Notes under the pieces: model-generated
Databases searched by the model: none
Told to the model about the DNA's origin: nothing
The model's input: the letters and a program-made list of their open reading frames with translations, nothing else
Shown here: piece after piece, positions 30,674 to 41,095 of the stretch
How positions within the stretch are numbered: the stretch's first letter is position 1
Layout: each line of letters begins with the position of its first letter
DNA from: Candidatus Tenderia sp.
Lineage (GTDB): Bacteria; Pseudomonadota; Gammaproteobacteria; Tenderiales; Tenderiaceae
Length of the DNA: 64,000 bases
Assembly (NCBI GenBank): GCA_031416075.1
Contig: JANOSY010000045.1
Location: 1 to 64,000 of the forward strand
Reading direction: 5' to 3'
Program-made: the position numbers and the translations under genes

Positions 30674-31734
30674 GACCCTGTACGGGGCGGCAGCCCCAGT
30701 CGCTGTTCACACAGCGCCAGCAACCGACCACTCCAGTTACGTCGCTCAGGGAAAAGTGTACTCAGATAGATATGACGGACCAGCGTCAACGTTGTGTAGG
30801 CAGAGACCGCCTCCCGCGATGCAGCCCCTGTCAGGGCGATAAAACGTTCTACCAGTGCCTCTTCATACCTCACCAGCATCGTGGCATCACCCACCAGACG
30901 CAGACGCTGTTCAATCATATGCCCCACAAAATTGCCAATATCGAGCGCCGGATCACCGTGGCAGTAGAGATCAAAATCGAGCAGATAGAGCCGTTCACCA
31001 TCAACCATCACCTGATCCGCATAAAAATCACGGTGGATACCACACACCTTGGGCACCGGCAGACTGGCCCCCAGTCGATCACAGGCTAGTAATAGTCGCT
31101 CTATCCGCTGCCGCCACTCCGGATACTGCTGGAATAGCTGCGGCAGACGCTTATGCAGAATTTGCAACTCATCGTCTATGGTGTGGCGTCGGTCAGCGGC
31201 CACACCCGCGCTATGCAGTTTATGGATTGCATCGACAACACGCTCGATCAACGCCGTATGATTACCCACCAACAGCAACTCACCCAATGGCCGACCCGGC
31301 ACCTTCTGTTGTAACCAGAGATTAAACGGACTGATCACCCCGATGGGTTTGGGCACAAAAATAGCGTCGCTGCTCTGCTGGTCAAATCCGGTACCCCATA
31401 ACGCCCTCAGCAAACGGTGCGCAACGCGGGCACTATGGCGCGACCGCGCCTTACCCATCAACGTCAGCCCCTGCACACCCAGCGCCGTTGAAACGGCCAC
31501 ATCATACTCAACCATAAAACGCCGTCCCGGCTTGTGGCGAATAACACGAATAGCGCGCAACTGCGGAGGACCGTCGATTCCTGTCAGAGCGGAAAGCCGC
31601 TGCAGCTCCCACTCAACCCGCTGCGGATCAATCGCCAGTGAGGCCAGCGGCAATCCCGGATCGTCGGCAATCCCAAACGGATCATCAACCGCAATAACCC
31701 TATCCTGCAAAATCACAGACACAAGCTCATCCAC
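30670..31734 (-). CDS. Aminoglycoside-phosphotransferase-family (APH/choline-kinase-like) kinase
   Basis: RHKPGRR, Brenner-type IHRDFYADQ, LLDFD, GDPALDIGNF; start inferred at the GTG overlapping the upstream stop. Confidence 0.8.
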   Translation of the reverse strand: MDELVSVILQDRVIAVDDPFGIADDPGLPLASLAIDPQRVEWELQRLSALTGIDGPPQLRAIRVIRHKPGRRFMVEYDVAVSTALGVQGLTLMGKARSRHSARVAHRLLRALWGTGFDQQSSDAIFVPKPIGVISPFNLWLQQKVPGRPLGELLLVGNHTALIERVVDAIHKLHSAGVAADRRHTIDDELQILHKRLPQLFQQYPEWRQRIERLLLACDRLGASLPVPKVCGIHRDFYADQVMVDGERLYLLDFDLYCHGDPALDIGNFVGHMIEQRLRLVGDATMLVRYEEALVERFIALTGAASREAVSAYTTLTLVRHIYLSTLFPERRNWSGRLLALCEQRLGLPPRTGS

Positions 31735-32983
31735 CCACCCGCTCGGCAATGAGCAAGCGCGCCTGTTCAACAATCCGAGTGGCATTGCCCGACCATGTGT
31801 AGTGTGCATGAACCTCTGCCGCTGCTGCCGTACCCAGCCGCTGACCAAATTCAGGATCGGCCAATAGCCGAAGGCAGGCGGATGTCAGCGCATCAATATC
31901 ATCTGGCGGATAGAGCAGCCCCGTTTCACTATCACGAATCACATCGGCAATCTGGCCTACCGCTGCCGCCACCACTGGAATACCACAGGCCATATATTCA
32001 AACAGTTTGAGCGGTGAAAAATAGAACGCATGGTCAAGAACGGGGTAAGGGGCAAGTGCCACATCAAACTGGCGAATCAACGCACTCACCTCCAGATGTG
32101 GCAATGAACCGGTAAAGATTACATGGGCGTCTATATTGCGGGCAGAAAAGGCGCTCTCCAGCTCTGCACGCAGCGGCCCCTCACCCACAATCACCAGCCG
32201 CAATTGCGGATAACGCGCAACCAACCGCTCCACCAGTAACGGCAAGGCTTGAACACCGTGCCACGGCCTCAGCCCCCCCACAAACCCAAGCACCGGCCCA
32301 CTCCCCAACGCAAATTTTGCATGCAACTCAGGGTTGCGCGGCGCTGGATAAAACAGTTCAACATCAACACCGTTTGGCAACACCTGTACCCGCGCCTCCG
32401 GCACCTCCAGAGAGAGCACATAATCACGCAGCGGTGCCGAGACGGCAAAGATCGCATCGGCACGGGTCAGCGCCCAACGTTCAGACTGCGCTGCCAGTTT
32501 TCCCAGACCTGTCGCCCGGTAAGCAGACTGCTCCAGTGCCAATGGTGCGTTAAGTTCAACAAGCAGAGGGATATTAAGTCTCTGGGCAAGATGCACCCCC
32601 GCCGTAGCATAAAGCGCGGCCCGCTCAAGAATAAAATCGGGGGCATGATTGCGAAAACGGCGCTCCAACTGCCCCACCAGTTGCTGATTATAAAGAATAC
32701 GTCGCAACTCACCCGGCAACGAGTTTTCAACACCGATTGAATCATTAAACGTTGTCAGCCCAAGCACCGCCTGCGACACCTCAGGAGAAGGTGGCAGATG
32801 CATCACCTCCACACTCACTGGCTGTGACGCTTCCCAGGGATCTTTATTCAACGCAGGTGCCGCCAGCACAACTGAATGGCCAGCACGCTGTAACGCCTCA
32901 CTCATCACCCGCATGTGTACTGCTGCGCCCTTGCGTCCCAGCACAGGGATACCCAGATCACTACACAGATAGAGAATTTTCAT
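31727..32983 (-). CDS. Glycosyltransferase family 4
   Basis: G.KGAAVH, PNGVD, GFVGGLRPWHG, FYFSPLKLFEYMA.G. Confidence 0.9.
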   Translation of the reverse strand: MKILYLCSDLGIPVLGRKGAAVHMRVMSEALQRAGHSVVLAAPALNKDPWEASQPVSVEVMHLPPSPEVSQAVLGLTTFNDSIGVENSLPGELRRILYNQQLVGQLERRFRNHAPDFILERAALYATAGVHLAQRLNIPLLVELNAPLALEQSAYRATGLGKLAAQSERWALTRADAIFAVSAPLRDYVLSLEVPEARVQVLPNGVDVELFYPAPRNPELHAKFALGSGPVLGFVGGLRPWHGVQALPLLVERLVARYPQLRLVIVGEGPLRAELESAFSARNIDAHVIFTGSLPHLEVSALIRQFDVALAPYPVLDHAFYFSPLKLFEYMACGIPVVAAAVGQIADVIRDSETGLLYPPDDIDALTSACLRLLADPEFGQRLGTAAAAEVHAHYTWSGNATRIVEQARLLIAERVGG

Positions 32984-33080
32984 TTTTAATATCTGCTCTT
33001 AATATTGAGCATTGATGGCACACCATTGCCCGCTACCAGCACTGGCTGGCGCGGTCCAAAAATAAAACATGGCCACGCTC

Positions 33081-34286
33081 TCAACAGCCACTCACAGCAC
33101 TAGCACTAAAATGGGTCACCAGCTGCTTTACATTTTCAGCCGCATTAAATTGGCGCACCACCTTCTCGCGGCCCCCGTTGCCCAACCGCTGTCGCAGCGT
33201 CGGTGACTGCAGTAATTCGGTAAGCACAGCGGCCAATCCGATTGCATCACGCTCCTCCACTAACATGCCTGTTTGGCCATGATCAATAATTTCGGGAATC
33301 CCTGTCACACGGGTAGAGACCACAGGCAACCCAAGTGCCATCGCCTCCAGCAACACCGTTGGCAACCCATCACGATTACCATCATCACCAACCACACAGG
33401 GCAGCGCAAACAACGTCGCACGCCTCAGCAGCGCAATCACATCCGCCTGAGTCATCGACCCAACCAGCTTAATCTCATCACCCATCTCATAACCAGCAAT
33501 CAGCAGCTCAAGAGCATCACGCTCCTCACCATCACCCACAATCGTGCAGTTAAACCGCATTCCTTGTTGTTTTAATACAAAACAGGCGTGAATCAAATAT
33601 TCAAATCCCTTTTTTTCCACAAGACGTCCGACACCAACAATTAAACCGGACTCTGGCGCAAGTAACTGTGGCACAAACAGATCAAGGTCAATGCCGTTAT
33701 AAAGACGTTTTATTCGGCCAGACAACCCTAATGCAGCAAGAAGATCATCAAGGTATTTTTTATTAAAATCACTCACCGTCACAACCGATTGCGCCCGCGA
33801 CAGCTTCCATGCCAGACGTTCTCTGTTCACATCATCATGAAAAATATCCTTGGCATGTGCGGTAAAACTAAAGGGGATACCGGTAAGCGCATGGGTATAA
33901 CAGGCAACGTCGCTCGCCCAAGTGGCAAAATGGGCATGTAGATGATCAACACCAAGCTGCTCTACCAAAGGGGCAAGTAACGCGGCATCAAGCACCGTAC
34001 GTGCACCCTCTACATCCACAGGTCTTGCTACAGGTGCCACCGCACTCTCACCATTCGCCTGATGCTGAAAAATCCATTCACGCTTGGAGGTACGTGGCAA
34101 ATAGTAAACAGGCACATCAAGCTGGCGGGTCTTTTCATGTAGCAACTCTTCACCTGCATTTTTCTGTGCAAATATCGTTACCTCAATACCAAGACGTCTT
34201 AGCTCAAGCATCTCTGTCACGATAAACGTTTCCGAAAGACGAGGGTAACGCTTAAGGATGTAACCCACATGCAATGGTTTACTCAT
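33081..34286 (-). CDS. Glycosyltransferase family 4 (WcaL-like)
   Basis: KRYPRLSETFI, HLHAHFA, SFTAHAKDI, GRLVEKKG, DGLPTVLLEAMA. Confidence 0.9.
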   Translation of the reverse strand: MSKPLHVGYILKRYPRLSETFIVTEMLELRRLGIEVTIFAQKNAGEELLHEKTRQLDVPVYYLPRTSKREWIFQHQANGESAVAPVARPVDVEGARTVLDAALLAPLVEQLGVDHLHAHFATWASDVACYTHALTGIPFSFTAHAKDIFHDDVNRERLAWKLSRAQSVVTVSDFNKKYLDDLLAALGLSGRIKRLYNGIDLDLFVPQLLAPESGLIVGVGRLVEKKGFEYLIHACFVLKQQGMRFNCTIVGDGEERDALELLIAGYEMGDEIKLVGSMTQADVIALLRRATLFALPCVVGDDGNRDGLPTVLLEAMALGLPVVSTRVTGIPEIIDHGQTGMLVEERDAIGLAAVLTELLQSPTLRQRLGNGGREKVVRQFNAAENVKQLVTHFSASAVSGC

Positions 34287-35611
34287 TAAAACACCCCCTT
34301 GACAGGGCGAACCCTGCTGCGACGATCGCTATTTTTACGCCGCTCCAATGATGTAGTAACAGAATCTCCTATCTTCATAGACGCACGATCTCTATTGGAA
34401 AAATCGGCCATGTTCACCATCTCTTGCCGTTTATCCAGCAACTCGATCAAAATACGGCTCGACGTTGCTGCACCCATCATATTCAGTCCCGCAGACGATG
34501 GCTGTGCGGGGTTGCACTCCAGCATATTTCTCCTCACTTCAATCAAGAGGCGTTCTACTGTCAACTCATTTGGGTGAATCATACAAACCAGATTACGCGC
34601 AGCCAGACGTTCAGCACGGATCAACTGTTCACGCCGGGGAACAACACGCGGCACAATAATCGCACGTCGACCGTACCCCATAATCTCCATCACCGTATTG
34701 TAACCACCCATAGTGACAACCAAATCAGCAATGCTCAAATAACTCGAAAGATGTGGTGTAAAAATCTTAAATGTTACAGGAGAGTCAACTGCTGCTGCAC
34801 GTTGCTCCAACAAGTGGGATTCGGAAACGGCCATTTGTGGCCCAGTCACAATCAGTGAATGAAACGCCGCTGGCTCAGGCAGATCTGCCAACATCTCGAG
34901 GTAAGTTTTAATAATATGAAACCCATCACCGCCACCGCCTGCGGTCACCAATACCAATTTCTCTGTCTCTATCCCCAACTTTTTGCGCAGCTCATTGGCA
35001 GAAAGATGGTGTTCATCTCCATCAAAAACATAACCACAGGGATATATTTTATTTTCAATCACAGGGGAAAGACCGTACTCAACAACGGGATCAAACACCT
35101 CACGCTCACCGTACAATAGAATGGCATCGTAACTCTCCGCCAACAACTGGTAGATATTTTCTTCTCGCCAGTCACGACATGTAATTTCAGAGGCGTCTTC
35201 AATATCACGCATCCCCAATACCAGCAGCGTATGAGGGGATGATTTTTTAAGATAATGCAGTGGGCGCACCATCTCACCATTCAATCCCGCTGGGGCTTTA
35301 TCAACCAGCATCAGATCAGGATTGAAATGGCTGATAGTGCTCATGATGATGCTCTCCCGTAAGGAAGAGACAGCCTCAAGTGAGCCGTGTAAATGGGGGG
35401 AGTGATATTCGCCGTTCGTTTTTTTTCGAAGGGTAGGTAACTTCACACAGTCTACATGAGGCGGCCACTCATACGCACCGAACTGGGCGGAACCCGTCAG
35501 CACCATCTGTGCCACACCTGGCTGATCATGTGCGAGTTGCCTGACTATCGCTAATGTACGGCGTATGTGCCCAAGCCCTAAACTATCATGAGAATAGTGC
35601 AAAACCTTCAT
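34286..35611 (-). CDS. Predicted glycosyltransferase (COG4671-like, GT28 C-terminal domain)
   Basis: YSHD..GLGHIRR, DKAP.G...E, LGMRDI.D, TAGGGGDG, MGGYNT..E, VPR...RREQ.IRA. Confidence 0.85.
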   Translation of the reverse strand: MKVLHYSHDSLGLGHIRRTLAIVRQLAHDQPGVAQMVLTGSAQFGAYEWPPHVDCVKLPTLRKKTNGEYHSPHLHGSLEAVSSLRESIIMSTISHFNPDLMLVDKAPAGLNGEMVRPLHYLKKSSPHTLLVLGMRDIEDASEITCRDWREENIYQLLAESYDAILLYGEREVFDPVVEYGLSPVIENKIYPCGYVFDGDEHHLSANELRKKLGIETEKLVLVTAGGGGDGFHIIKTYLEMLADLPEPAAFHSLIVTGPQMAVSESHLLEQRAAAVDSPVTFKIFTPHLSSYLSIADLVVTMGGYNTVMEIMGYGRRAIIVPRVVPRREQLIRAERLAARNLVCMIHPNELTVERLLIEVRRNMLECNPAQPSSAGLNMMGAATSSRILIELLDKRQEMVNMADFSNRDRASMKIGDSVTTSLERRKNSDRRSRVRPVKGVF

Positions 35612-36360
35612 TCTTACCCTCCAGGGCCTGCACGTCTGATACGCAAATATATTAAGGAGAAGTTAAACAGCCGTGATCATGAATGGCACCTCAAGGCTGC
35701 CCGATCGTAAAGAAACATACTCCAATGCGATGCTATATTTCAGCACAAACATGATGACTGACTATATTTCAAATTCATTAAAAATGTCAAGGATTCATGC
35801 TATCAACTCCACACCCTAAACCCATTTAATCATCCACCTCGACCAAATCACTTTAAATGTTAAAAGTTAATGCCATTACAGAAAAAAACAAGACATAACG
35901 GAATGCTCATTTTTATAGCTTTCTATTTTTTATTATTACATTTTTAAAAAGTTTCCATCACAGCACAAAAACCACTCAACACATTAAAGATTGTTAATAT
36001 TGACCACGCATGCGAGAAACCCATGATGACAAAAACATTCGTCCTTAAAAACGTCAAAACAAAAAGATGCATTGCCAAAATGTAAACATCCGGAAACAAT
36101 ATCAACACAACCAAAATGAAATATTGGAATACAATGTTTATCTTATGGAAAAGGTGCAAAACTATTCGATGTACTTGGCTCAGGGCATATTATTCGGGCT
36201 GAGGACCCAGCAAAAAACAGAATGGATGGTGACTATTTACATCACACCCATTCAGAAGTGAAGGCGGACAGATAGATAGGAGGAACATTCATGGTACAAA
36301 ATGTACTAGGCGATCTATTCCAGAACTTGGAAAAACACACAAAAAACAAAATATAAAAAG

Positions 36361-36389
36361 CCCACGCCTACATGATCGTAGAGTGGGCA
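36361..36389. terminator. Hairpin terminator downstream of parE (possibly bidirectional)
   Basis: GCCCAC-GC-CTAC..GTAG-A-GTGGGC preceded by an A-run on + (U-run on -). Confidence 0.5.
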
Positions 36390-36501
36390 TTAAAAAACAG
36401 GCCAATCAAACGCTCTGAAATTTTGGACCGACTGGATAGTTTTACATCAAACACACTATCACTTGCCAAAGCAGATCACGGTGCAGGGGCAGCCACCAAC
36501 A

Positions 36502-38394
36502 TTAGATAGCAATATCCGCCATATTCCCCTTGGCCTCGATCCACACCTTACGATCAGCAGCCCGTTTTTTGGCCAGCAGCATATCCATAATCTGGTAAGA
36601 GTCATCATCTCCATCCAGGGTGAGCTGCACCAGTCGCCGGGTATCGGGGTTGATGGTGGTTTCGCGCAGCTGCAGCGGGTTCATCTCCCCTAGCCCTTTA
36701 AAGCGCTGAATGCCAATCTTGCCTTTCAATTTTTCAGCGGCGATACGATCAAGAATACCGAGTTTTTCCGACTCATCCAGGGCGTAGAAGACCTGCTTGC
36801 CCACATCAATACGGAACAGTGGTGGCATGGCAACATAGATGTGACCGGCATCCACCAGTGGCCGAAAGTGGCGTAGGAACAACGCACACAACAGCGTGGC
36901 GATGTGGGCACCGTCGGAGTCGGCATCGGCAAGGATGCAGACCTTGCCGTAGCGCAACCCTTTGAGATCCTCCGAGCCTGGCTCCACGCCAATGGCAACC
37001 GAGATATCATGCACCTCCTGTGACCCTAATACCTCGTTGGAGTCCACCTCCCAGGTATTAAGGATCTTGCCACGTAGCGGCATGATCGCCTGGAACTCGC
37101 GGTTGCGGGCCTGCTTGGCGGAGCCACCGGCGGAGTCCCCCTCCACCAGAAAGAGTTCGGTGCGGTCGATATCCTGCGATGAGCAGTCGGCCAGTTTGCC
37201 CGGCAGGGCTGGGCCGGCGGTTACTTTTTTACGGATCACCTTTTTACCCGCCCGCATCCGCGCGTGGGCGTTGTTGATGGCAAGCATGGCCAGCTGTTCA
37301 CCCACATCGGTGTGTTGGTTGAGCCAGAGGCTGAAGGCATCTTTGACCACGCCGGAGACAAACGCGGCACACTCCCGCGACGAGAGTCGCTCCTTGGTCT
37401 GGCCGCTGAACTGTGGGTCGGCCAGCTTAACCGAGAGCACATAACTGCAACGCTCCCAGACATCTTCCGGTGCCAGCTTGACGCCACGTGGCAGCAGGTT
37501 ACGGAATTCGCAGAACTCGCGGATGGCGTCGGTCAGACCGGTACGCAATCCATTCACATGGGTGCCGCCTTGGGCGGTGGGGATGAGATTGACGTAACTC
37601 TCCGTCACCATCTCGCCCCCTTCCGGCAGCCAGGCGATGGCCCAATCGGCCGCTTCACGGGTGGCCGCCATGCTGCCAACAAACAGCTCCTGCGGCAGCA
37701 GCGGCCACCCTTGCAGCGCGCCACCGAGGTAGTCACTCAGGCCATCTTCGTAGTGCCACTCTTCGCGCTCGCCCGACTGCTCATCAAAAAAGCTGACCCG
37801 CAGACCGGGGCAGAGCACGGCCTTGGCGCGCAACACGTGCTTGAGGCGCGAGACTGAAAACTTCGGTGAATCGAAATATTTGGGGTCGGCCCAGAAACGC
37901 ACGCGAGTGCCGGTATTGGCCTTGCCGACCTTGCCCACTACTTCCAGATCAGAGATCTTTTCGCTATCACCAAAAACGATCTTGTACTCTTCGCCATTGC
38001 GTTTAACCCACACCTCGAGCCGTTTGGAGAGGGCGTTGACCACCGAGATACCGACCCCATGCAGCCCACCGGAAAACTGATAACTCTTGTTGGAAAACTT
38101 GCCACCGGCGTGCAGCTTGGTGAGGATCACCTCAACGCCGGGGATGCCCTCTTCCGGGTGAATATCTACCGGCATACCACGGCCATCGTCCTGCACCTCG
38201 AGCGACCCATCTTTATATAGGGTTATATCGATCTGCTTGGCATGACCCGCCATCGCCTCATCGACACTGTTGTCGATCACCTCCTGGGCCAGATGGTTGG
38301 GGCGGGTGGTATCGGTATACATGCCGGGGCGTTTGCGTACCGGTTCCAGGCCGCTGAGGACCTCTATGGCGGAAGCGTCGTAATTGCTGCTCAT
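36502..38394 (-). CDS. parE: DNA topoisomerase IV subunit B
   Basis: GLEPVRKRPGMYTDT, EVIDNSVDE, EGDSAGGSAKQAR, ADADSDG.HI, RFKGLGEM; start at MSSNYDA. Confidence 0.96.
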   Translation of the reverse strand: MSSNYDASAIEVLSGLEPVRKRPGMYTDTTRPNHLAQEVIDNSVDEAMAGHAKQIDITLYKDGSLEVQDDGRGMPVDIHPEEGIPGVEVILTKLHAGGKFSNKSYQFSGGLHGVGISVVNALSKRLEVWVKRNGEEYKIVFGDSEKISDLEVVGKVGKANTGTRVRFWADPKYFDSPKFSVSRLKHVLRAKAVLCPGLRVSFFDEQSGEREEWHYEDGLSDYLGGALQGWPLLPQELFVGSMAATREAADWAIAWLPEGGEMVTESYVNLIPTAQGGTHVNGLRTGLTDAIREFCEFRNLLPRGVKLAPEDVWERCSYVLSVKLADPQFSGQTKERLSSRECAAFVSGVVKDAFSLWLNQHTDVGEQLAMLAINNAHARMRAGKKVIRKKVTAGPALPGKLADCSSQDIDRTELFLVEGDSAGGSAKQARNREFQAIMPLRGKILNTWEVDSNEVLGSQEVHDISVAIGVEPGSEDLKGLRYGKVCILADADSDGAHIATLLCALFLRHFRPLVDAGHIYVAMPPLFRIDVGKQVFYALDESEKLGILDRIAAEKLKGKIGIQRFKGLGEMNPLQLRETTINPDTRRLVQLTLDGDDDSYQIMDMLLAKKRAADRKVWIEAKGNMADIAI

Positions 38395-38554
38395 GGCGAA
38401 GTTCTTGTATTCCTGTTGTTTCTGAAGAAATAAGGGCGGCAAATGTAACATGACCGCCGCCGCTGGAACAGGTTGATTGCCATTCACGCAGTGGCCCAAA
38501 GGGGATGCCGACGGCCAAATCTATGTAGAATGGGACCACGCAACCCCTTGAGCA

Positions 38555-39877
38555 ATGGAGTACTTCATGCCCGGCAAGATGACTATGACCACTAAAATCC
38601 TGATCTGGATGAGCGCCGGCCTGGTAGTTGGCAGTCTGATTAACGCCACCCTGAGCCAGGTCGAATGGGTCCAGAGCTACTTGGTCAACGGTCTGTTCCA
38701 GGTCGCCGGGGCCCTCTTCATCAACCTGCTCAATATGCTGGTAGTGCCACTGGTCACCTTCTCCCTGCTCTGTGGCATCTGCGGACTTAGGGATATCAAC
38801 ACACTGGGGCGGGTCGGGTTCAAAACATTTTTACTCTTTATATTCACCACTGCGCTGGCCATCACCCTGGCCATCGTGGTGGCGACCCTGATTGGCCCCG
38901 GCCAGGGGTTTGAGCTGAGCAGCAGCGCCACCAGTGGTTTTGTTGCCCCTGCCTCGCCGCCGTTGACACAGGTGATCACCGACCTGATTCCCACCAACCC
39001 TGTCAACGCCTACGCCAGTGGCGACATGTTGCAGATCATCTTTTTCACCGTGCTGTTTGGCCTCTGTGTCCTGATGTTGGGTAAACGCGCCCAGCCCATC
39101 ATCGACCTGAGTGAACTGCTCAACGAGGTGATGATGAAGCTTGTTAACGTGGTGATGCAGGTTGCCCCTTACGGAATTTTTGCCCTGATGGCCAAGACCT
39201 TTGCGCTTCAGGGCATCAGCCTGATCCTGCCCATGATCAGCTACTTCGGCGCCGTGGTGCTGGCGCTGGTGCTGCACCTCACCGGTACCATGATGCTGTT
39301 GCTGCATACCCTGGGCCGGGTCAATGTCTGGACCTTCATGAAAAAGATACGTGCCACCCAGCTGTTTGCCTTCTCCACCTCCAGCTCCAACGCCACCATC
39401 CCGGTCACGCTCACCAGCGTCGAAAAACGGCTTGGCGTGGACAACGCCACCGCCTCTTTTGTGGTGCCGCTTGGCGCCACCATCAATATGGATGGCACGG
39501 CCATCATGCAGGGGGTGGCAACGGTATTCATCGCCAATGTCTACGGCATCGAGCTGGGGCTGAGCGGCTATCTCATCGTCATCTTTATGGCGATACTCGC
39601 CTCTATCGGCACCGCCGGGGTACCCGGCGTCGGTCTGATCATGCTCGCCATGGTGCTCAACCAGGTTGGCCTGCCGGTGGAGGGCATCGCCCTGATCATG
39701 GGGATCGACCGGTTGCTGGATATGATGCGTACCGCCGTCAACGTCACTGGCGACGCTGTTGTCGCCGTTATCGTCGCCCGCTCTGAAAACAGCCTGGATT
39801 TGAACATTTATAATGATGCCAATGCCGGTCTGGTCGAAGAAGTTGAGTTGCCACACAAGGACGACAAGCCGGTTTGA
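38555..39877 (+). CDS. Dicarboxylate/amino acid:cation symporter (DAACS)
   Basis: FSTSSSNATIP, GATINMDGTA, ASIGTAGVPG, DRLLDMMRTAVNVTGD. Confidence 0.93.
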   Translation: MEYFMPGKMTMTTKILIWMSAGLVVGSLINATLSQVEWVQSYLVNGLFQVAGALFINLLNMLVVPLVTFSLLCGICGLRDINTLGRVGFKTFLLFIFTTALAITLAIVVATLIGPGQGFELSSSATSGFVAPASPPLTQVITDLIPTNPVNAYASGDMLQIIFFTVLFGLCVLMLGKRAQPIIDLSELLNEVMMKLVNVVMQVAPYGIFALMAKTFALQGISLILPMISYFGAVVLALVLHLTGTMMLLLHTLGRVNVWTFMKKIRATQLFAFSTSSSNATIPVTLTSVEKRLGVDNATASFVVPLGATINMDGTAIMQGVATVFIANVYGIELGLSGYLIVIFMAILASIGTAGVPGVGLIMLAMVLNQVGLPVEGIALIMGIDRLLDMMRTAVNVTGDAVVAVIVARSENSLDLNIYNDANAGLVEEVELPHKDDKPV

Positions 39878-39940
39878 CCGGCAACGGAACTCTGAGTAAA
39901 GTGTGCCGCCGATCCAACACCGCAACAGGAAGCCCTCATC

Positions 39941-40177
39941 TTGGCCAAAAAGAGTAGCAAACAGCCCGATTTTGAGACCGCCCTGGCGGAGCTGGAGAGT
40001 CTGGTAGAGACCATGGAACAGGGGGACCTCTCGCTGGAGGAGTCGCTCAAACAGTTTGAGCGTGGCATCACCCTTACCCGTGGCTGCCAGTCATCCCTGA
40101 AAGAGGCAGAACAGAAGGTTCAGATTCTGCTCAACCAGAATGGTGAGCCCGAACCGTTTGAAGGGGGCGACGAATGA
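39941..40177 (+). CDS. xseB: Exodeoxyribonuclease VII small subunit
   Basis: [26 protein letters not shown]...CQ..L..AEQKV; TTG start. Confidence 0.95.
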   Translation: MAKKSSKQPDFETALAELESLVETMEQGDLSLEESLKQFERGITLTRGCQSSLKEAEQKVQILLNQNGEPEPFEGGDE

Positions 40178-41088
40178 ACAATCCCAACAGCAGCCCAGGC
40201 CAACTCAAAACCCTGCTATCGGGGTATCAGAGCCGCGTCGAAAAGAGCCTTAATCACTGGCTACCTGCCCCCCAACTTGCACCGCAACGGCTACACGAAG
40301 CGATGCGCTACTCAGCACTCGACGGCGGCAAACGGGTGCGCCCGTTTCTGGTCTACGCCACCGGCCGGGCGCTGGGGGCAACGTTAGAGCAGCTCGACGG
40401 TCCCGCCAGCGCGGTGGAGCTGATCCACGTCTACTCCTTGATTCACGACGACCTGCCCGCCATGGACAACGACGATCTGCGCCGTGGCAAACCAACAAAC
40501 CACAAAGCCTTTGGTGAAGCGATGGCAATCCTGGCTGGCGATGCGATTCAATCCCTCGCCTTCCACATCCTCGCCGATGACGGCGCCATCGACATCAGCG
40601 CCGAACGCCGCCTGCAGATGGTCAATACCCTCGCCCACGCCAGCGGCTCACGTGGCATGTGTGGTGGTCAGGCCATCGACCTTGAAGCCGTTGGTCAGCA
40701 GCTCGACCTGCCCGCGCTGGAGAACATGCACATCCACAAAACCGGCGCCCTGATCCGTGCCAGCGTCACCCTTGGTGCGCTCTGTTGTGCCAAAAGCAGT
40801 GAAGTGCAGTGCAAACAGCTAGATCACTACGCTAAATGCATCGGCCTGGCCTTCCAGATTCAAGACGACATTCTCGACATCGAAGGTGATACCGCCACCC
40901 TCGGCAAACCCCAAGGCTCGGACATCGCCCGTGACAAACCCACCTACCCCGCCCTGCTGGGACTAGAAGGTGCCAAGCAGCGCGCCCAGGAGCTATACAA
41001 CGAAGCGCTCAGCAGCCTGGCCGACTTTGACCACCATGCCGATCCGCTACGCTGGATGGCGAAGTACATCGTCTCACGCAACCAATAG
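40174..41088 (+). CDS. ispA: Farnesyl diphosphate synthase
   Basis: [37 protein letters not shown]. Confidence 0.95.
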   Translation: MNNPNSSPGQLKTLLSGYQSRVEKSLNHWLPAPQLAPQRLHEAMRYSALDGGKRVRPFLVYATGRALGATLEQLDGPASAVELIHVYSLIHDDLPAMDNDDLRRGKPTNHKAFGEAMAILAGDAIQSLAFHILADDGAIDISAERRLQMVNTLAHASGSRGMCGGQAIDLEAVGQQLDLPALENMHIHKTGALIRASVTLGALCCAKSSEVQCKQLDHYAKCIGLAFQIQDDILDIEGDTATLGKPQGSDIARDKPTYPALLGLEGAKQRAQELYNEALSSLADFDHHADPLRWMAKYIVSRNQ

Positions 41089-41095
41089 CAACCCT

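Noticed and set aside
38831-39925. 364-aa antisense ORF over the DAACS gene
   Set aside because: Shadow ORF from codon bias; no motifs; fully overlaps a confident gene.
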